DNA of 64,000 nt from Octopus sinensis (Eukaryota): positions 30,628,001 through 30,692,000 of the forward strand of contig NC_043010.1 in the NCBI RefSeq assembly GCF_006345805.1, in the 5' to 3' direction. Positions 11,144-25,899 of this stretch are shown here, one piece after another. Within the stretch, counting starts at the first letter, position 1; each line of letters begins with the position of its first letter. Both the position numbers and the translations under genes were made by a program. The notes beneath the pieces were generated by a model that searched no databases, had not been told where the DNA came from, and was given only the letters and a program-made list of their open reading frames with translations.

Positions 11144-12995
11144 ATTAACGAACAACTAATTCATTGGTGAGATGATAGAGGTCATGGGGTTGAGTTTGGG
11201 TGACAGGGATGGGTGAACAGGTTTTGATTATTGTTGTTGTTGTTGTTGTTATTGTGGTTAATATTATCAATAATGAGGGGGAAAGTGGATTGGCAGACTT
11301 GGCAGAGTGATGGATAAAATACCCTTGAAGTATTTTGTTGCATATCTTAGAATTTGGGGTTCAAATCCAGCTGAGCTCAACTTCCCTTCCCTCTATATTA
11401 AGGTGTCATTAAAAAAACAACATACTAGTTGTGTACCCAGGGTAAAAGGGAAACTAATTGGCTACACACAGTGTTTGAAAACTTGTGGTTATGTAACAAA
11501 TCTATAATATTAATGATGACAAGGATGATTGAGGAAGAGGAGGAATGAGGAGGATGATGATGAGAACATTAATGATAGAAGATGCGGTGATGATGATGAT
11601 GATGATGATGAGGGTAGTGGTGAAGATGGTGATGATGATCATATATGATAACTGAATATAATGGTAGTAATGATGATGATGATGATGATAAAGATGGTGG
11701 TGGTAGTTGTGGTAGTTTCTATGTGCCGAACAACAGTATGTAACAAGGAAGTAGTAAGAATAAGGGATAAGGATTTTATTTGGAACTTCAAACTCTTGTG
11801 GTCCTCTCTACTATTACTTCTCTTGCAACTTGAAATTGAAGTGTAGGTGAAACACCCTACACATTAACTACTATACACTTGAGCAAACTCTTTATGTGGT
11901 CCCTCAACATGTTAGAAATAGCAGTCAAGTTCCCTCAGACCACAACTACCATCACCTCACACAACACCACCAACAGCAATCCCAACATCACCACCTCCAG
12001 CAATAGCGACAATAGCTAACATCACTACCACCAGCAATAGCAACAACAGCAACAATAACAATAATATTTACCAGAACAATAACAATGCCAATATCACCGC
12101 CACCACCAACACATCCATCACCAATGAGAACAACAGCTACAATGAAATGGACAATGGCGTGTAGACCAACACCACCAGCACCACCACAAAAACAAGAACC
12201 ACTGATGCAGCATCTACTCATTCCCTCCGAATGCTAAATATAGCAATCAAATATCACCTTTCAATCACATCCTTTAAAAAGGAGAGAAGAATACATCAGA
12301 TTATGTAGTCTTAAAAAATCATACAGGATGGTCACAAGTGGAACACTCTTCATTATAAATCTGCTTCATTAAGTTTGTCTTTGGGAAATGAAAACTACAA
12401 TAACAACAACAACTAATTTATGTGAAAATTATTTATAAAACTTGTTCAAACCCTAATCCTGCCCAATTACTCCTACTCCCATCAAAAACTCTCTATCATA
12501 TCCCAAATGATAAGCTAATGGTTAATTATATCAGTCTAATAAAATTCCCTCACTGCCATTGTGACTCTCAGGGCTCTGCTATGATTTAAAGACACAAGGA
12601 GGGAACCCCCTAAATCCTTTTCCATCGACTCTTTTAAGCCATTCCCCTCCCCAATTGTTCTATATATTCAAATGTTCAACAGAAAGCCAAGAAATGGGAA
12701 CGGAAAACACACATGCTCCTCGTAATATCGACACAATATGACATGGAAGATATCATTTCTGCTGCTGTATTCTTAAAGTATTCCTGTGCTGTACAAAAGA
12801 GCTAACAAATTGCATTGCAGAAACGAACATATTCCGATGATCAAATGAATGGATGATGTATAGAACAATATTGTTTCACAAAGAATCAGGTATTCTGAGT
12901 TGAGTAATATATGTGTGTGTGTGTGTGTGCGTGTGTGTGTGCGTGTGTGTGTGTGTGTGTCTGTATACATACATACATACATACATATATATATA

Positions 12996-13050
<55 letters not shown>

Positions 13051-13124
13051 TATGTATATATGTATATATGCATATATCTATCTACCTATCTATCTATATA
13101 TATATATATACATACATACATACA

Positions 13125-13176
<52 letters not shown>

Positions 13177-13393
13177 GTCTGTATGAATATTATTAAACCT
13201 GCAAAACCATCACAAAAATCTGCTACTCAGAGTTTCACGTTCCCGTTCATTGAGCAGTTGATTCAAATTCACAGCAGTTTTTGCAGCTTTAATAATAAAG
13301 CATATTACTCTACCTCCAGTATTCAAGTACTATTTTTTCTCACCTTGTTTCACATGTATATGCTTACTCTGGTATATGCATATATATATATTA

Positions 13394-13501
<108 letters not shown>

Positions 13502-16500
13502 TGTATGCATGTATGTATGCATGTATGCATGCATGCGTGTATGTATATACACACATACACAAATACATATGTATATATGTGTGTGAGTGCATGAGTATGT
13601 ATGGGTGTATGTATTTATAAGGTGTCCAGTACAAATGATACGCAGTATGTGAATTTGTGCACATATGATACAGAGAATGCAAGACTTTATGAACAAAAAA
13701 CATACAGTATTTATGGAAAAATAATATGAAAGATTTGCTGTACAAAGAATTTAAAATGTACAAAATTTTGTGTAATTATATTAAATATGTAAGTTTTTTT
13801 TCTTTTTTGACACATACAATGACATAATCAAAGGTGTTATCTGTATTTCAAGCATTTATGTAAAAGAGTTCTTACATAAATTCTCTTCAGTCAAAACATC
13901 TCAGATGAATAAGTTATAATGTAAGAACTCTCTTACAAAATTACTTGAAACACTTATATTAAATGTCCTTGCTTCAATAACATGGTTAATACTAACAAGG
14001 ATATAGCAATGGAATGTTTTACTGGACCCGAGTCAAAAGATTCTGGTAAAGTGTATGGCATCAAAGCATACCTCACAAAATATATATATGCAATATTATA
14101 ATGTTGTCTACATGATATTCAATATGCAGGACTTAAAGTAAAACAAAAATTCCATACTGAATCAAGATGGAGAGTACAAATCATATTCAGTGTGTAAGGG
14201 TTTGAATAAAGGGATATACCATATCTAAAACAGTGACTATCCATGACGGGCTTTGTGTAAAAAGGATCTACCACATACAAGCTGGAGACTATGAAGATAT
14301 GCAATCTGTAAGATTTTGTGTAAAAAGTGTATAAAAGATTATAGATATTGAATACAAAATATATTAAATATAAAATATTAAATATAAAAATATTAAAATT
14401 TTTGTATAAAAAAGGATAAAGTACATCTCAGGTGTTGAGCATAAAAAGATTTTCAATGTGTCATAGTTTGTATAAAAATAACATGTAGCATATCTAAGAT
14501 ATGGTGTATAACAAACTGTCATTGTATAAAAGTTTGGTTTGTATAAAACAAAATGTACTACAATTAAAAAGTGAGTAGGAAAGCTTCATTTGTGCAAAGG
14601 TTTGTATAAAAAGGATGTAGCACATTTAAGATATAGAAGACAATGTGTGTACAATGAACAAGATGTTTTTAACAAAAATATATGCTATGTACTAGAACTA
14701 GTGTACAAGAGATGTACGGTACACAAGTTTTGGTATAGAATGAAATTGAAGCTACAGATTCTATAAGGCACAAACGCATATATACCTGCATATTCACATA
14801 CATGCATATGCACACATACATACACACTAAAGCATCAAACTAATGCAATATTTGGAAAAAAACACTTCTCCCTCCTGTATTTTCTTTATTCTTTTTGTTT
14901 CACAATATGTGTGTGGGTGTGTGTGTGTAATACATGGTCGATGTTGTCTGTTTATCAGTTTGGGATGTCTTTGAAAAATGAAGAAATTAGTGACAAATGC
15001 TGACTGTCAAATTGTGATAGCTTTCTTTCAGTCTGCTTTGCTCTACATTTATGATGATGTATTTGTTGACTACACACACACACATGCACACACATGCATG
15101 CACACATGCGTGCAGACACACACACACATATATGCATATATACATGCATGCATGCCTAAATAATATATACATACATACATGCCTATGTATGTCACTACTC
15201 ACACTCTATGAATGCATTCCTTCCCACCTTCCTTCCCATGAACCACCGTCCTTATCCTGTCTTATGCCCTCCTTCTTGAACTTTGAGAGTTCACTCTGGC
15301 ACTCCACCACTACCTTCCTTTATTTCCTTCTCAACTACTGCCACCCACCTCTATACATAATAGGGGTGAGCCATGTATCTCTTCTAAAGCAAGATACCTG
15401 TACTTGTCCCTCTATCTTACTTTAGCCCAACAAGCATGAAGCCACTTTCCCTTCTCAAATACTCCCTCACTTTATTGAAGGAGCTTTTTCCTTTTCCTTT
15501 CCCTATTCTTCCTTGTTCTTCTTCTCTCTTACAAGTTACTTGGCAACCTCACAAGTGCTAGTAATTCACAAAAAAAGCATTCTATACACTCTGTAAAGTG
15601 GTTGGTGTTAAGAAGAGCATCCAGTTGTAGGAATCAAAGCTGATTTGAAGCTTGCCAGAACCATGCCAACATGGAAATTGGATGATAAATGATGATGATA
15701 ATGATGTACATATGTATGTATGATTCTGTGAAGTTGAAATCTGGCCTGAAAAGTCATTTACAAAGTCATGAAAGAGGCTCAAGAAGAAATTCCAAGATAA
15801 CTTACTTGAAGACGAGTTGACAACTAGTATGCATGCATGCATGTATGTATGTATGTATGTATGTATGTATGTATGTATGTATGTATGTATGTATGTATGT
15901 ATGTATGTATGTATCTATCTATCTATCTATGTATGTATGTGTGTGTGCGAGCGTGCATGTGTATGTATGTATGTATGTATGTATGTATGTATGTATGTAT
16001 GTATGTATGATGTATGTATGTATGTATGTATGTATGTATGTGGGATAAAGAAAACATCTGAGAAATTATAATGGAAGATAAATCTCATGACAGAACAAGT
16101 ATCATAATTTAGAATTTCATAGCAAACAAAATATTTGGGGCAGTCATTGGTTTAAGAATGTATAAGAAATAATACCAACCAGAGTGTCAGCTCCACCACC
16201 ACTACTTTCACTATCACTACCTACATGTTGCAAAAATAAATAGTAAAACAAACCTAATAAACATAAAAATCAAATCAACAAAGTCCATTGGTAAACAAAT
16301 AACAAAGATCTTGGTGATGATAGTGATGGTTTTGCTAACAAGGATGATTATGATGATGAGGAGGAGTGGAGGAAGGAAGAGTAGTTGAAGGAGGATGACA
16401 ATATTCCTTTTATGTAAGTACCATATTTACTGGCATATAAGACATGCTTCTTTTATTATCAGATGTATAAAAAAAAATCACTCTGTATTTGATGCAGCCA

Positions 16501-17199
16501 TATTATGGATAAGAGAATGAGTGCTTTAGGCTAGGGGGGCTAAGCATAAGTTCACAAGACACAATAATTGTCACTGATAATAAATATTGAAAAGCAAGCC
16601 AAACTATCACAGTTTATTAGAACAAACTTATGAAAAATTGCTTAAGGTACAGTTAAGGTACAGCAGTTATGTGGGGATTTCACAACATCTCTTTATATCT
16701 CCTTCCCCCAGCTTACATAACCCACAACAAATGTGTCTTACATTATTTAATGGCTATATTACCTTTAAGAAACATTTTCTTCTAGAAAGATAAAAGGAAT
16801 GTTTAACTTTCATCTACCTGTCAGCTATTTGTAATGAGTGCATGACAAAAAAATTATAGTGATGATGCACCACCCTGGTGGTAACAAAAACATCATAGCC
16901 AAAAATATGAGTTTTACATCCTGTATGGCAACTCTTATAACCAAAATATAAATAAATTTGCAATTGATCTGAAAGAAGATAAAGTTGAAATACAATGCTC
17001 ATATAATGTTGATTATTTATGATAAATTTGTGGCTAATAACAAGAATGAACTTATTGTATACAGTGCTCAGGTGCACAACAACTCATCAGAAAAAGTAAC
17101 CAAAACTGCATGAACAGTATATAGAGTATACACAGGAAGTGAACAGTGAATAAGTCTTTAAAAAAAAATGAAAATGAGAAAAGAAATGGAGTGGGGGTG

Positions 17200-17470
17200 T
17201 ACTGTTGGCGAATTTCAGGAAGCATGGAAGTTTTGAAGGATGTAGTGTCTCAACAGCTAACAATTGATGCAGGTAGTTTGTTTCATGCTTCAGCAATTCT
17301 GAGCATGAATAAATGTTTCCCAAAAACACGGGTGCCATGTTGTTTTTTGATTTTGTAAACATATCCATAAGTGTTAGACATGGAATTTAAGAAAATGCCC
17401 AAAGTTGTTGTTGGAAAGATGGCAGTTAATCTTGTAGATTTCTACCAAGTGAGTTGCCAGATGTCAGAGC
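17200..17470 (-). mobile_element. Old CR1-like LINE 3' end
   Basis: The minus strand reads KHLFMLRIAEA*NKLPASIVSC*DTTSFK, a decayed R-x-x-x-W-N-x-L-P...F-K terminal motif. Confidence 0.5.
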
Positions 17471-18432
17471 TTTAATATGTTTCATACTTTACTCTAGTAT
17501 ATTGTCACAGCACATTATATTAATATGCACAGATGCATATATTTTCCACCTATAAAAACCACTTTAAAATATCTTTCAATATGTGTATGAGGACAAATAC
17601 TAAATTTGTTTATTCCACAAAATATGCTTTGTCAAATAGGGTTGCATTCTATGTCAGAGTGTATTTTATATGCCAGTAAATACAGTAGAATAATGACCTA
17701 AAGTATTGTGAGTAGGGAGATATCTATAAACGATAGAAACAATTATACAAGTTCAAGCCAGATGTAGGATGTTCATGTATTACTTCAGTCTGCCTAGCTG
17801 ACAAAATAGGTTTCACATCCAAATTTCCAAGTCTCTGCTCCACATTCCAATGAATTGTAGTAGAAAATAAAATCCTGTTGTAGAAATATTTACTTCGAAA
17901 TAAAGCAAATGTCCAAATTTGCTAAATCAGTATACAAAAAAAAAACCCAAAAGACTTAAAATAGTAAATGAAAATAAAATAAAATTTTCATGTTACTTAT
18001 GACATTAGTCCAACCGCTAGCGACCATATGTTCACTAAACTATACTCAAAGGAGTATTTGATCTCAAGATAATAGACAGAAAAACTTTTTTACTCTCCTG
18101 CTTTTCTAACATCATCTTATCCTTATTCTCTTCCCTTCACGTTTTCTTCTTCTTCTTCTTCTTCTTCTTCTTCTTCTTCTTCTTCTTCTTCTCCTTGTCG
18201 TCATCCTCCTCCTTCTTGTTCTTCTTCTTCCTCTTCCTCCTCCTTATATTCCTTCTCTGGTTTCTTCTCTTCGTCTTCCTCCCCCGCCTCCTTCCTCACT
18301 TCCTCTTCCATCTCCTCCCTATACTTTTCTTTTCAATGAGACCTGTCAGTGATCCCTCCAACCAGTAATGGAATTTCAGACCACTCTCAGATCTGCAAGT
18401 TAACAAACTATTTGTTAACATTGAGTTCAGTT

Positions 18433-18650
18433 TAAGGCAGCGAGCTGGCAGAGACGTTAGCATGCCCGGCAAAATGCTTAGCAGTATTTCATCTGTCTTT
18501 ACGTTCTGAGTTCAAATTCCGCTGAGGTCCGCTTTGCCTTCCATCCTTTCGGGGTCGATAAATTAAGTACCAGTTGTATACTGGGGTCAATCTATTGACT
18601 GGCCCCCTCCTCAAAAATTTCGGGCCTTGTACCTAGAGTAGAAAATAATA
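18433..18650 (+). mobile_element. Family-1 SINE with type-B tail
   Basis: AAGGCAGCGAGCTGGCAGAGACGTTAGC...GAGTTCAAATTCC...GGCCTTGTACCTAGAGTAGAAAA. Confidence 0.85.
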
Positions 18651-21074
18651 TTAAGTTCAGTTTCCTTTAAAAAACAAGGAACATAATTTCCTTCAAAACA
18701 AGGAACATAATTTAAAAAAACAAAAGGCAAAAAAAAAACCTAAACCTGAAATAATTATGTAATGTGAGAAATGAACCTTATTAGTCTTTAACTATCACAA
18801 CTGAAATATTTAATGGTCAATAATGCAATGACCCAATGATTGATTCTACTTGTATTCAGTTATTGTATTATAAATTATATAAACAAATGAAGCATGGAAG
18901 ACAACGTGGAGAGGTTTTAGCTTCAACAAAACATAGACATTGGTGAAACAGTGATGAGAAAATCACTATAAACTAAATGTCCAAGATTACAGACTTGATT
19001 GTTATGGGTAGTTAAAGTTGTTTAGAGACTAGTGACTCTTGTGGTTCATTTCAGTGATATATGAGTTCCCCATGGTGCTTATTTAATAGGGGACTAAACC
19101 ACTGAGATGATATTAATCATATCCAGGGAACAGGCTACCTATTTGTTCATATTTCTTACTAAAATATCAACTCAGCATTTTGTTTGTATTGTCAATAATT
19201 TTTTAGTTATTTTTTATTTTTTTATAATTTTTTATCTTTTGTATTTTTGGCTTTACTGACACAAAAAGCTTTACTCAAAAAGCCATGCTTGTTGCACGTA
19301 AACATAAAATACATAATCACATGCAGAAACACACACACACACACACACACATACATACATACACACACAGAGGCACATGCAGAAACACACAAAGACACAC
19401 ACACATATGCACATACACACAAGCACACACACAAACGCACTCAATGCTCTCTATGCTTAGCTTTGCTTTCCTGTGCATTGCTTGTTACTGGTGGGTATGA
19501 CATCATACAGATTTTGTTTTCTTTGACACAGGAGAGCATGATGTCCTACTATCTAAGGGGGATAATTCTTTTAAGAATTTTTTTTTTTTTTGTCTTTAAT
19601 CAGCAAAAACATAAATGCCATTAAAAAAGGGGAAAATAACATAATTCTAGAAATAAATGGCAACTACTGCATTTGATCCACTCTCCATTACATGGAACCC
19701 CACCAAGATCACAAAATAAACTATCCTAACCTAGAAGAAAATCAAAGAAAATTTTAAACTACATCAATAAAGAAAATGATGTAACAATCTAACTAACCAA
19801 ACTAAACTGTCAAATTCTTTCTATGTTGTGGATGAGTATATTGTATATTAGTATTGACTTCTTGCATTGGCAGAAGGCCAAAGATTTTCTGGAAAGAAGA
19901 ATATTGTTAATTTAATCAAGCCTATTGACTCAACAGAGTTAAAAGGTGAAGACACATGTCCTGGTGGCTAGGGTTTCGAATCCTAGATCAGGCAGTGCAT
20001 TGTGTTCTTGAGCAAAATGCTTCATTTCACATAGCTCCAGTCTACTCGGCCATAAATGAGATCCAGCGACAGCTATGACTGACTGGGATCCCATTGAGGA
20101 GGAGAGTTATGATCTCAGATATTTATACATCAAGGAAACTCGGTAACAGGTTTTGTAAGTCCTTGGACTCAGTTCAGCCCTTTAGGCTAAGAACAGGGTT
20201 AAAATGCAGATTTCTGCTTCTTATAATTCCTACAATGCCCTATTGCAATGTTGAATTATTTCCAGTACTTAACTGCTATTTTATTTTATCAACCAAAAGA
20301 GGATAAAAAAGGCAATGTTTGCTTAACTGGGATTAGAAATCAGCACAAAGAGCCATAGTAAAAACTAGGGAGAAGGCATTTTTTCCAGTACTCTATCAAT
20401 TCCACCAAACGGGTGGAAATTAAAAGTAAAAAACTGGAATAAAATATTATGCCAATATAAATATTATAGAAGAGAAAAATTTAACATTGCAGAAAAAAAA
20501 CATTTCTTTGGAAATGCCAAAAATATATTCCACTGTTTAAAACCTTTATATTCCAATTTGCTGACACAGACCATCGCTAGTTTTATCAAATTTAACTTTT
20601 GCACACCTGAAACTCGATTTCACTTCATAAAATGTTAAAACTGAATTCTATCTCGGTTGTGGCCTCTTGAAGAAGAAGAAAACCACTGTCACTCAACAAA
20701 CTTACAATGGCCCTGTGGCCAATCCACTGGTCACACACTAATTAAAACAAGTCGATGTTAGAAATAAATATTATGAAACTATTCCTTTCAAGATCTAATT
20801 GTATTCTAATTTTGCCAACCATATTTCATTGTTTACAGTCAAAATAGCTATAACACACACACACACATATACATACGCACACACACACACACATATATAT
20901 ATATACATGTGTATGTGTATATATGCATATATATACATACTTATATATATCTACATATATATATACACATATATACATATATATATATGTGTGTGTGTGT
21001 GTATATATATATATATGTGTAAATATATATATATGCATACATACTATATATATATATATGTGTGTGTGTGTGCA

Positions 21075-21107
<33 letters not shown>

Positions 21108-21690
21108 GGGTGTGTGTGTGTGTATATATATATGTATATATATGTGTGTGTATATATATATATGTATATATGTATACATATATATACATATATATGTGTG
21201 TGTATGTATATATATATATATATATATATAAAACAACTATGGATGAGTTGGTGACAATGGTAAAAGAACAGAATCATTTGAGTGGCAGATGAAACACCTA
21301 GTGCTGTTAAGTAATGTCTGTCTATATCTATTAATCCTAAGTTCAGTTCCTGATGGGGTCCTTCAATGGTTCTGATAGAAAATGTACCAGTGAAGTACAT
21401 GAATTAATCTTCTCAACTATATCCCTTGCAGAAAATGAAGTTCTTTACTTCTATAGAAGAAATCCCTATAAAATATTTCAACAAATGTCCTCTCACCTTT
21501 CTCACTTTCTCTCTATCTCTGTTTGTGCTTGTTTTTATCTATCTTTTCCTATCTATTAATCTTTTTCCATGTCTTGTTCAGCTTTTCTTCCTTCACTTCT
21601 ATTTTTATCTCCAGTACAGATTCTTGTGTATGAATGCGTAAGTGCATATATACTTGTGTGTGTGTGTATGCATGTATGTTTGTATATGTG

Positions 21691-21732
<42 letters not shown>

Positions 21733-22632
21733 ATATATATATACATACGCATATGTACATATAATTTGGCAAACTGAAATCAGCTCTGACAGCTACAAAT
21801 AGCTTCTTTAGCTTCTTCAAATGACTGCCAAAGTAATTCTCTAGGTCACCATGCATGTATATATACATGTGTGTGTGTATGTGTATGTGTGTTCGTGTGT
21901 GTGTGTGTGTGTGTGTAAGTGCATGCATGTATATATACTTACACACAACATATACCACTATATCTGTTCATGTACATATTTCTTTACTGCAACGGCTGAT
22001 GCACCACGCATGTTCAAACCATGCTAGCATGGAAACGAGACATTAAGCGATGATGATGGCGGTGATGATGGTGATGATGATAAAACTATCAAAGTAATAA
22101 TAATAAATCACAACAAATTCACAATATACAACATAAAGCACACACACATATCCTTACTAACTGAAAAATATAAAAACATATGATGCAATCCTTTCTATAT
22201 TTTTAAACCTGTTATTTCTCAATCAATTTATCATCCATGCTAAATGTCTACTATTATAAAATAATGGGACTTCTTTTTCCCCTTTATTTTGCTTTTTTAT
22301 GGAGAGAGGAGCTGATGCTGATATTTTTTATGTTGCTGTAATGTGTTCATTTGTTTTAATATATTTCTATATAATGTCTATGTAACTGAAAAGATTAATA
22401 AAAGCTGATGTCAACACAATTTTGTTTTGTAGTTTATCGTTTTTTTTTTGTTTATTTGTTTTAAACACTCTCTCTCTCTCTCTCTCTTTCTGTTCTGTAT
22501 TGTGGGAAAGGATGAATAAGATGAAGAATGAAGTGGATAAAAATATAGTCTTACTGCAAGGGTAACCATCAATATTTATTAATGTAACTGACAACAATCT
22601 TCATGATTATCACTAACATCGTTAATAATATC

Positions 22633-22822
22633 TATTTCTTTACTACCCACAAGGGGCCAAACATAGAGGGGACAAACAAGGACAGACAAACGGATTAAGT
22701 CGATTATATCGACCCCAGTGCATAACTGGTACTTAATTTATCGACCCCGAAAGGATGAAAAGCAAAGTCGACCTTGGTGGAATTTGAACTCAGAACGTAA
22801 TGGCAGACGAAATACCGCTAAG
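22633..22822 (-). mobile_element. Family-1 SINE, 5'-truncated, type-A tail
   Basis: The sequence is nearly identical to the units of the 24.5-25.3 kb array. Confidence 0.8.
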
Positions 22823-22850
22823 CATCATCTTTGGCATGACCATCATCATT

Positions 22851-22887
<37 letters not shown>

Positions 22888-23149
22888 ACATCATCATCAT
22901 CAACATCATCATCTTCAGTTATAGCAGTGGATAACCAAATTAATACAGATACTGGTGCTGAATAGCTAATAGGATTGCTCAGTTTGACTCACTCCTGAAA
23001 GGCATTCCTTTCGAAGACTTGCTACAACAGCCTGGCTCTCTGCAACTCTTGCAATATCAGTCTCTATGAATGTATTTTGCGTTTCCACAGGAATTATAAT
23101 ACAGCTATTGCATTTTTACGCATACACAGCGTCCTGTCACTTACTAGAG

Positions 23150-23800
23150 ATTATCTGACCAGCAATTCCCTGTGTATTTTGCGCGATGGGACAAACGTGT
23201 AGTCTGGAAAGGAATGTGGATACGCCATATTTACATTTAAGAACACTTTTCTGAAACAGTTCATCTTCCACTTTGGAAGGTTTTGGTTTTTGTGTGTACC
23301 ACTTCTGCAGCGCAGCTTGGTCGCACAAATCAATAATGGTAAATCTTGGATTCTGTCATAAAACCTCCATAGATTGGCAGCAGAAAACCACCGAAATGTG
23401 ATAGAAGGACTGAGAGTTGATGTTGAGATTGACAAAATGGTTCTGATCCTTCAGAAATCCTATGTGGCAGGCTTGTGAAAACGGTTTGGCTTTTTGGCAG
23501 ACTGGAATGGTTGACCAAGAAGACATTTATGGTCCTACTGTCAACCGAATGTGGTGAGGGTGACAGATGAGATGCTGAGACTCTCATTCTACTCATTAGC
23601 CAATACATCAGGCAGAGGTTAATAATCTACAGTGATTATTGGCGTGCCTACAGTAACCTGAATAACCTGGACTATACGCACTATCAAGTTAACCATAATG
23701 AACATTTTGTTGATCCCCTTAACCCATCTATTCACACGGAAAATAGTGAGCGTTTATGGAAGCCTCAAGAAGTGCATTATTGGACCTGGAATTAGACCTG
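23150..23800 (+). mobile_element. Merlin/IS1016 (ISXO2-like) DDE transposase remnant
   Basis: One frame from 23466 reads GRLVKTVWLFGRLEW...R*DAETLILLISQYIRQRLIIYSDYWRAYSNLNNLDYTHYQVNHNEHFVDP...IHTENSERLWK. This fits the R-x2-ETL / SDxWxAY / H-x2-VNH / HT-x2-E-x2-W pattern of ISXO2-like transposases. It has a premature stop, and no TIRs were identified. Confidence 0.8.
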
Positions 23801-24514
23801 GCTTCCTTTCCATCTCACTGCCAACCCAACGACTTCATAAGCTTCTTTTGGAGGCAGCAAGGATTATACCCAGGTTCCTCATGACACAGAAAACTGTATA
23901 CTGGTTCCTGATGTTGTTCACCAATAGCTCCTAAACAGGGCATTGGCACATTTTTTTATACTGTAAAACATTCAGTACTACTCTTCTGACCCCCAATGGT
24001 GGTGATGTGCTAAACACAACAGCTAAATCGCCTTTAATTTTTTTTCCATAGTGAAACCATATTTAACACCGTATTTATGAATTTGTTTCTCTCACCATGA
24101 TACATGGGATCTTTTTTTAAAACCCTTTTCTATTAATGAATCCCCCAATTTTTTTTTTTTAATATTTTTCCATTACACTCAAGCAAAAAAATACAATTTA
24201 TGAATTTCTTTCTCTTCAAAAGTCGTCTCCCCACCCCCTCGGAAAAAAATTTCCCCATAAATTTCTTCATAATCTTGATATATGCTGTTTGAACGGTATT
24301 TATATAAAATTTCACTAAAAGATATCCATTTTCCTAAAAGTTATGAGGGGAAAATTGGATCTTGTGAATTTTCCAAGAGTCCTCTCCTCGCCCACCCACC
24401 CCCGGTTCGTTGGCGCAATTTTTTGTTTTATATTCGTTTAATACACATATTACATTTGTTTTTTGTTTGTTTTGTTTTGTTTTCTTTTTTTCTGGTGGCC
24501 GGGTATTAAAGTAG

Positions 24515-25283
24515 TAATTTTTTTCTACTCTAGGCCCAAGGCCCGAACTTTTGGGGGAGGGTGCCAGTCGATTATATCGACCCAGTACGCAACTGGCACT
24601 TAATTTAGCGATCCCGAAAGGATGAAAGGCAAAGTCGACCTCGGCGGAATTTAAACTCAGAACATAAAGACTGACGAAATACCTATTTCATTACTACCCA
24701 CAAGGGGCTAAACGCAGAGAGGACAAACAAGGACAGACAAACGGATTAAGTCGATTATATCGACCCCAGTGCGTAACTGGTACCTATTTAATTGACCCCG
24801 AAAGGATGAAAGGCAAAGTCGACCTCGGCGGAATTTGAACTCAGAACGTAACGGCAGAGGAAATACCTATTTCTTTACTACCCACAAGGGGCTAAACATA
24901 GAGGAGACAAACAAGGACAGACAAACGGATTAAGTCGATTATATCGACCCCAGTGCATAACTGGGACTTAATTTATCGACCCCGAAAGTATGAAAGGCAA
25001 AGTCGACCTCGGCGGAATTTGAACTCAGAACGTAGCGGTAGACGAGATACCTATTTCTTTATTACTCACAAGGGGCTAAACACAGAGGGGACAAACAAGG
25101 ACAGACATAGGTATTAAGTCGATTACATCGACCCCAGTGCGTAACTGGTACTTAATTTATCGACCGCGAAAGGATGAAAGACAAAGTCGACCTCGGCGGA
25201 ATTTGAACTCAGAACGTAGCGGTAGACGAAATACTGCTAAGTATTTCGCTCAAGGTGCTAACGTTTGTGCCAGCTCACCGCTT
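24515..25283 (-). mobile_element. Family-1 SINE concatemer: one head and four bodies, 184-bp period
   Basis: The marker GA(A/G)ATAC starts at 24676, 24860, 25044 and 25228. The head GCGGTGAGCTGGCAC occurs only at the 25283 end. Confidence 0.9.
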
Positions 25284-25899
25284 TGTTAAGGTAGTAATTA
25301 ACTGACCTGTTAACTATTTCCCACTAAAGAATGAAGGGCAAAGTTGACCTTGATGGTGTTTGAATTCAAATTACCTAAAACTGGAACAAATAACGAGACA
25401 TGTTACCCAATGCGCTAACGATTCTGCTGCTAACTTGCAGCCTCGGGGAAAATTATTGGAAGTGAGCAGATTTAGTGTCAAGGGAGAGAACTTTAAACGT
25501 TTTCAGTTCCTTAGTTATGATTAGTAGAAGCAAAGTTGTCCGCGTTTATCGGTGCTGTAGTAATTAGTTTACTACAAGGAAATGTTCGTAAAAAATATTT
25601 TACGAAATAGCTAGCAGTGGACAGTGAAATTAATTGATCGGTTATTGCTGCTTCATTTCATCTGTAAAGATCAGAGACTTCAACGAATTTCTCTTGTGAT
25701 TCTCTTTAAGAATTACTTTGAAATATATCGAGCTGGCATAGCGTCGACTGCTAATTTCTAATTCTACTAATTTCTAATTTCTACTTTCAGCATCCTCTCT
25801 CTTCGCATTGTGTGGGTCAATGGGTGGGAGTTTGAGAGATTGAAATTTCAGCAAAAGTTTCGAAATTGCACCACACCCTATTCTATTTTTTTTCCTTTT

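Noticed and set aside
11540-12230. GAT/CAA/CAC-rich stretch with short ORFs downstream of the K2P stop
   Set aside because: This is low-complexity trinucleotide sequence with no splice context or protein motif; probably 3' UTR or intergenic DNA.
24515-25283. Regularly spaced repeats resembling a CRISPR array
   Set aside because: The whole 184-bp unit is repeated with no unique spacers, it is SINE-derived, and the context is eukaryotic with no cas genes.
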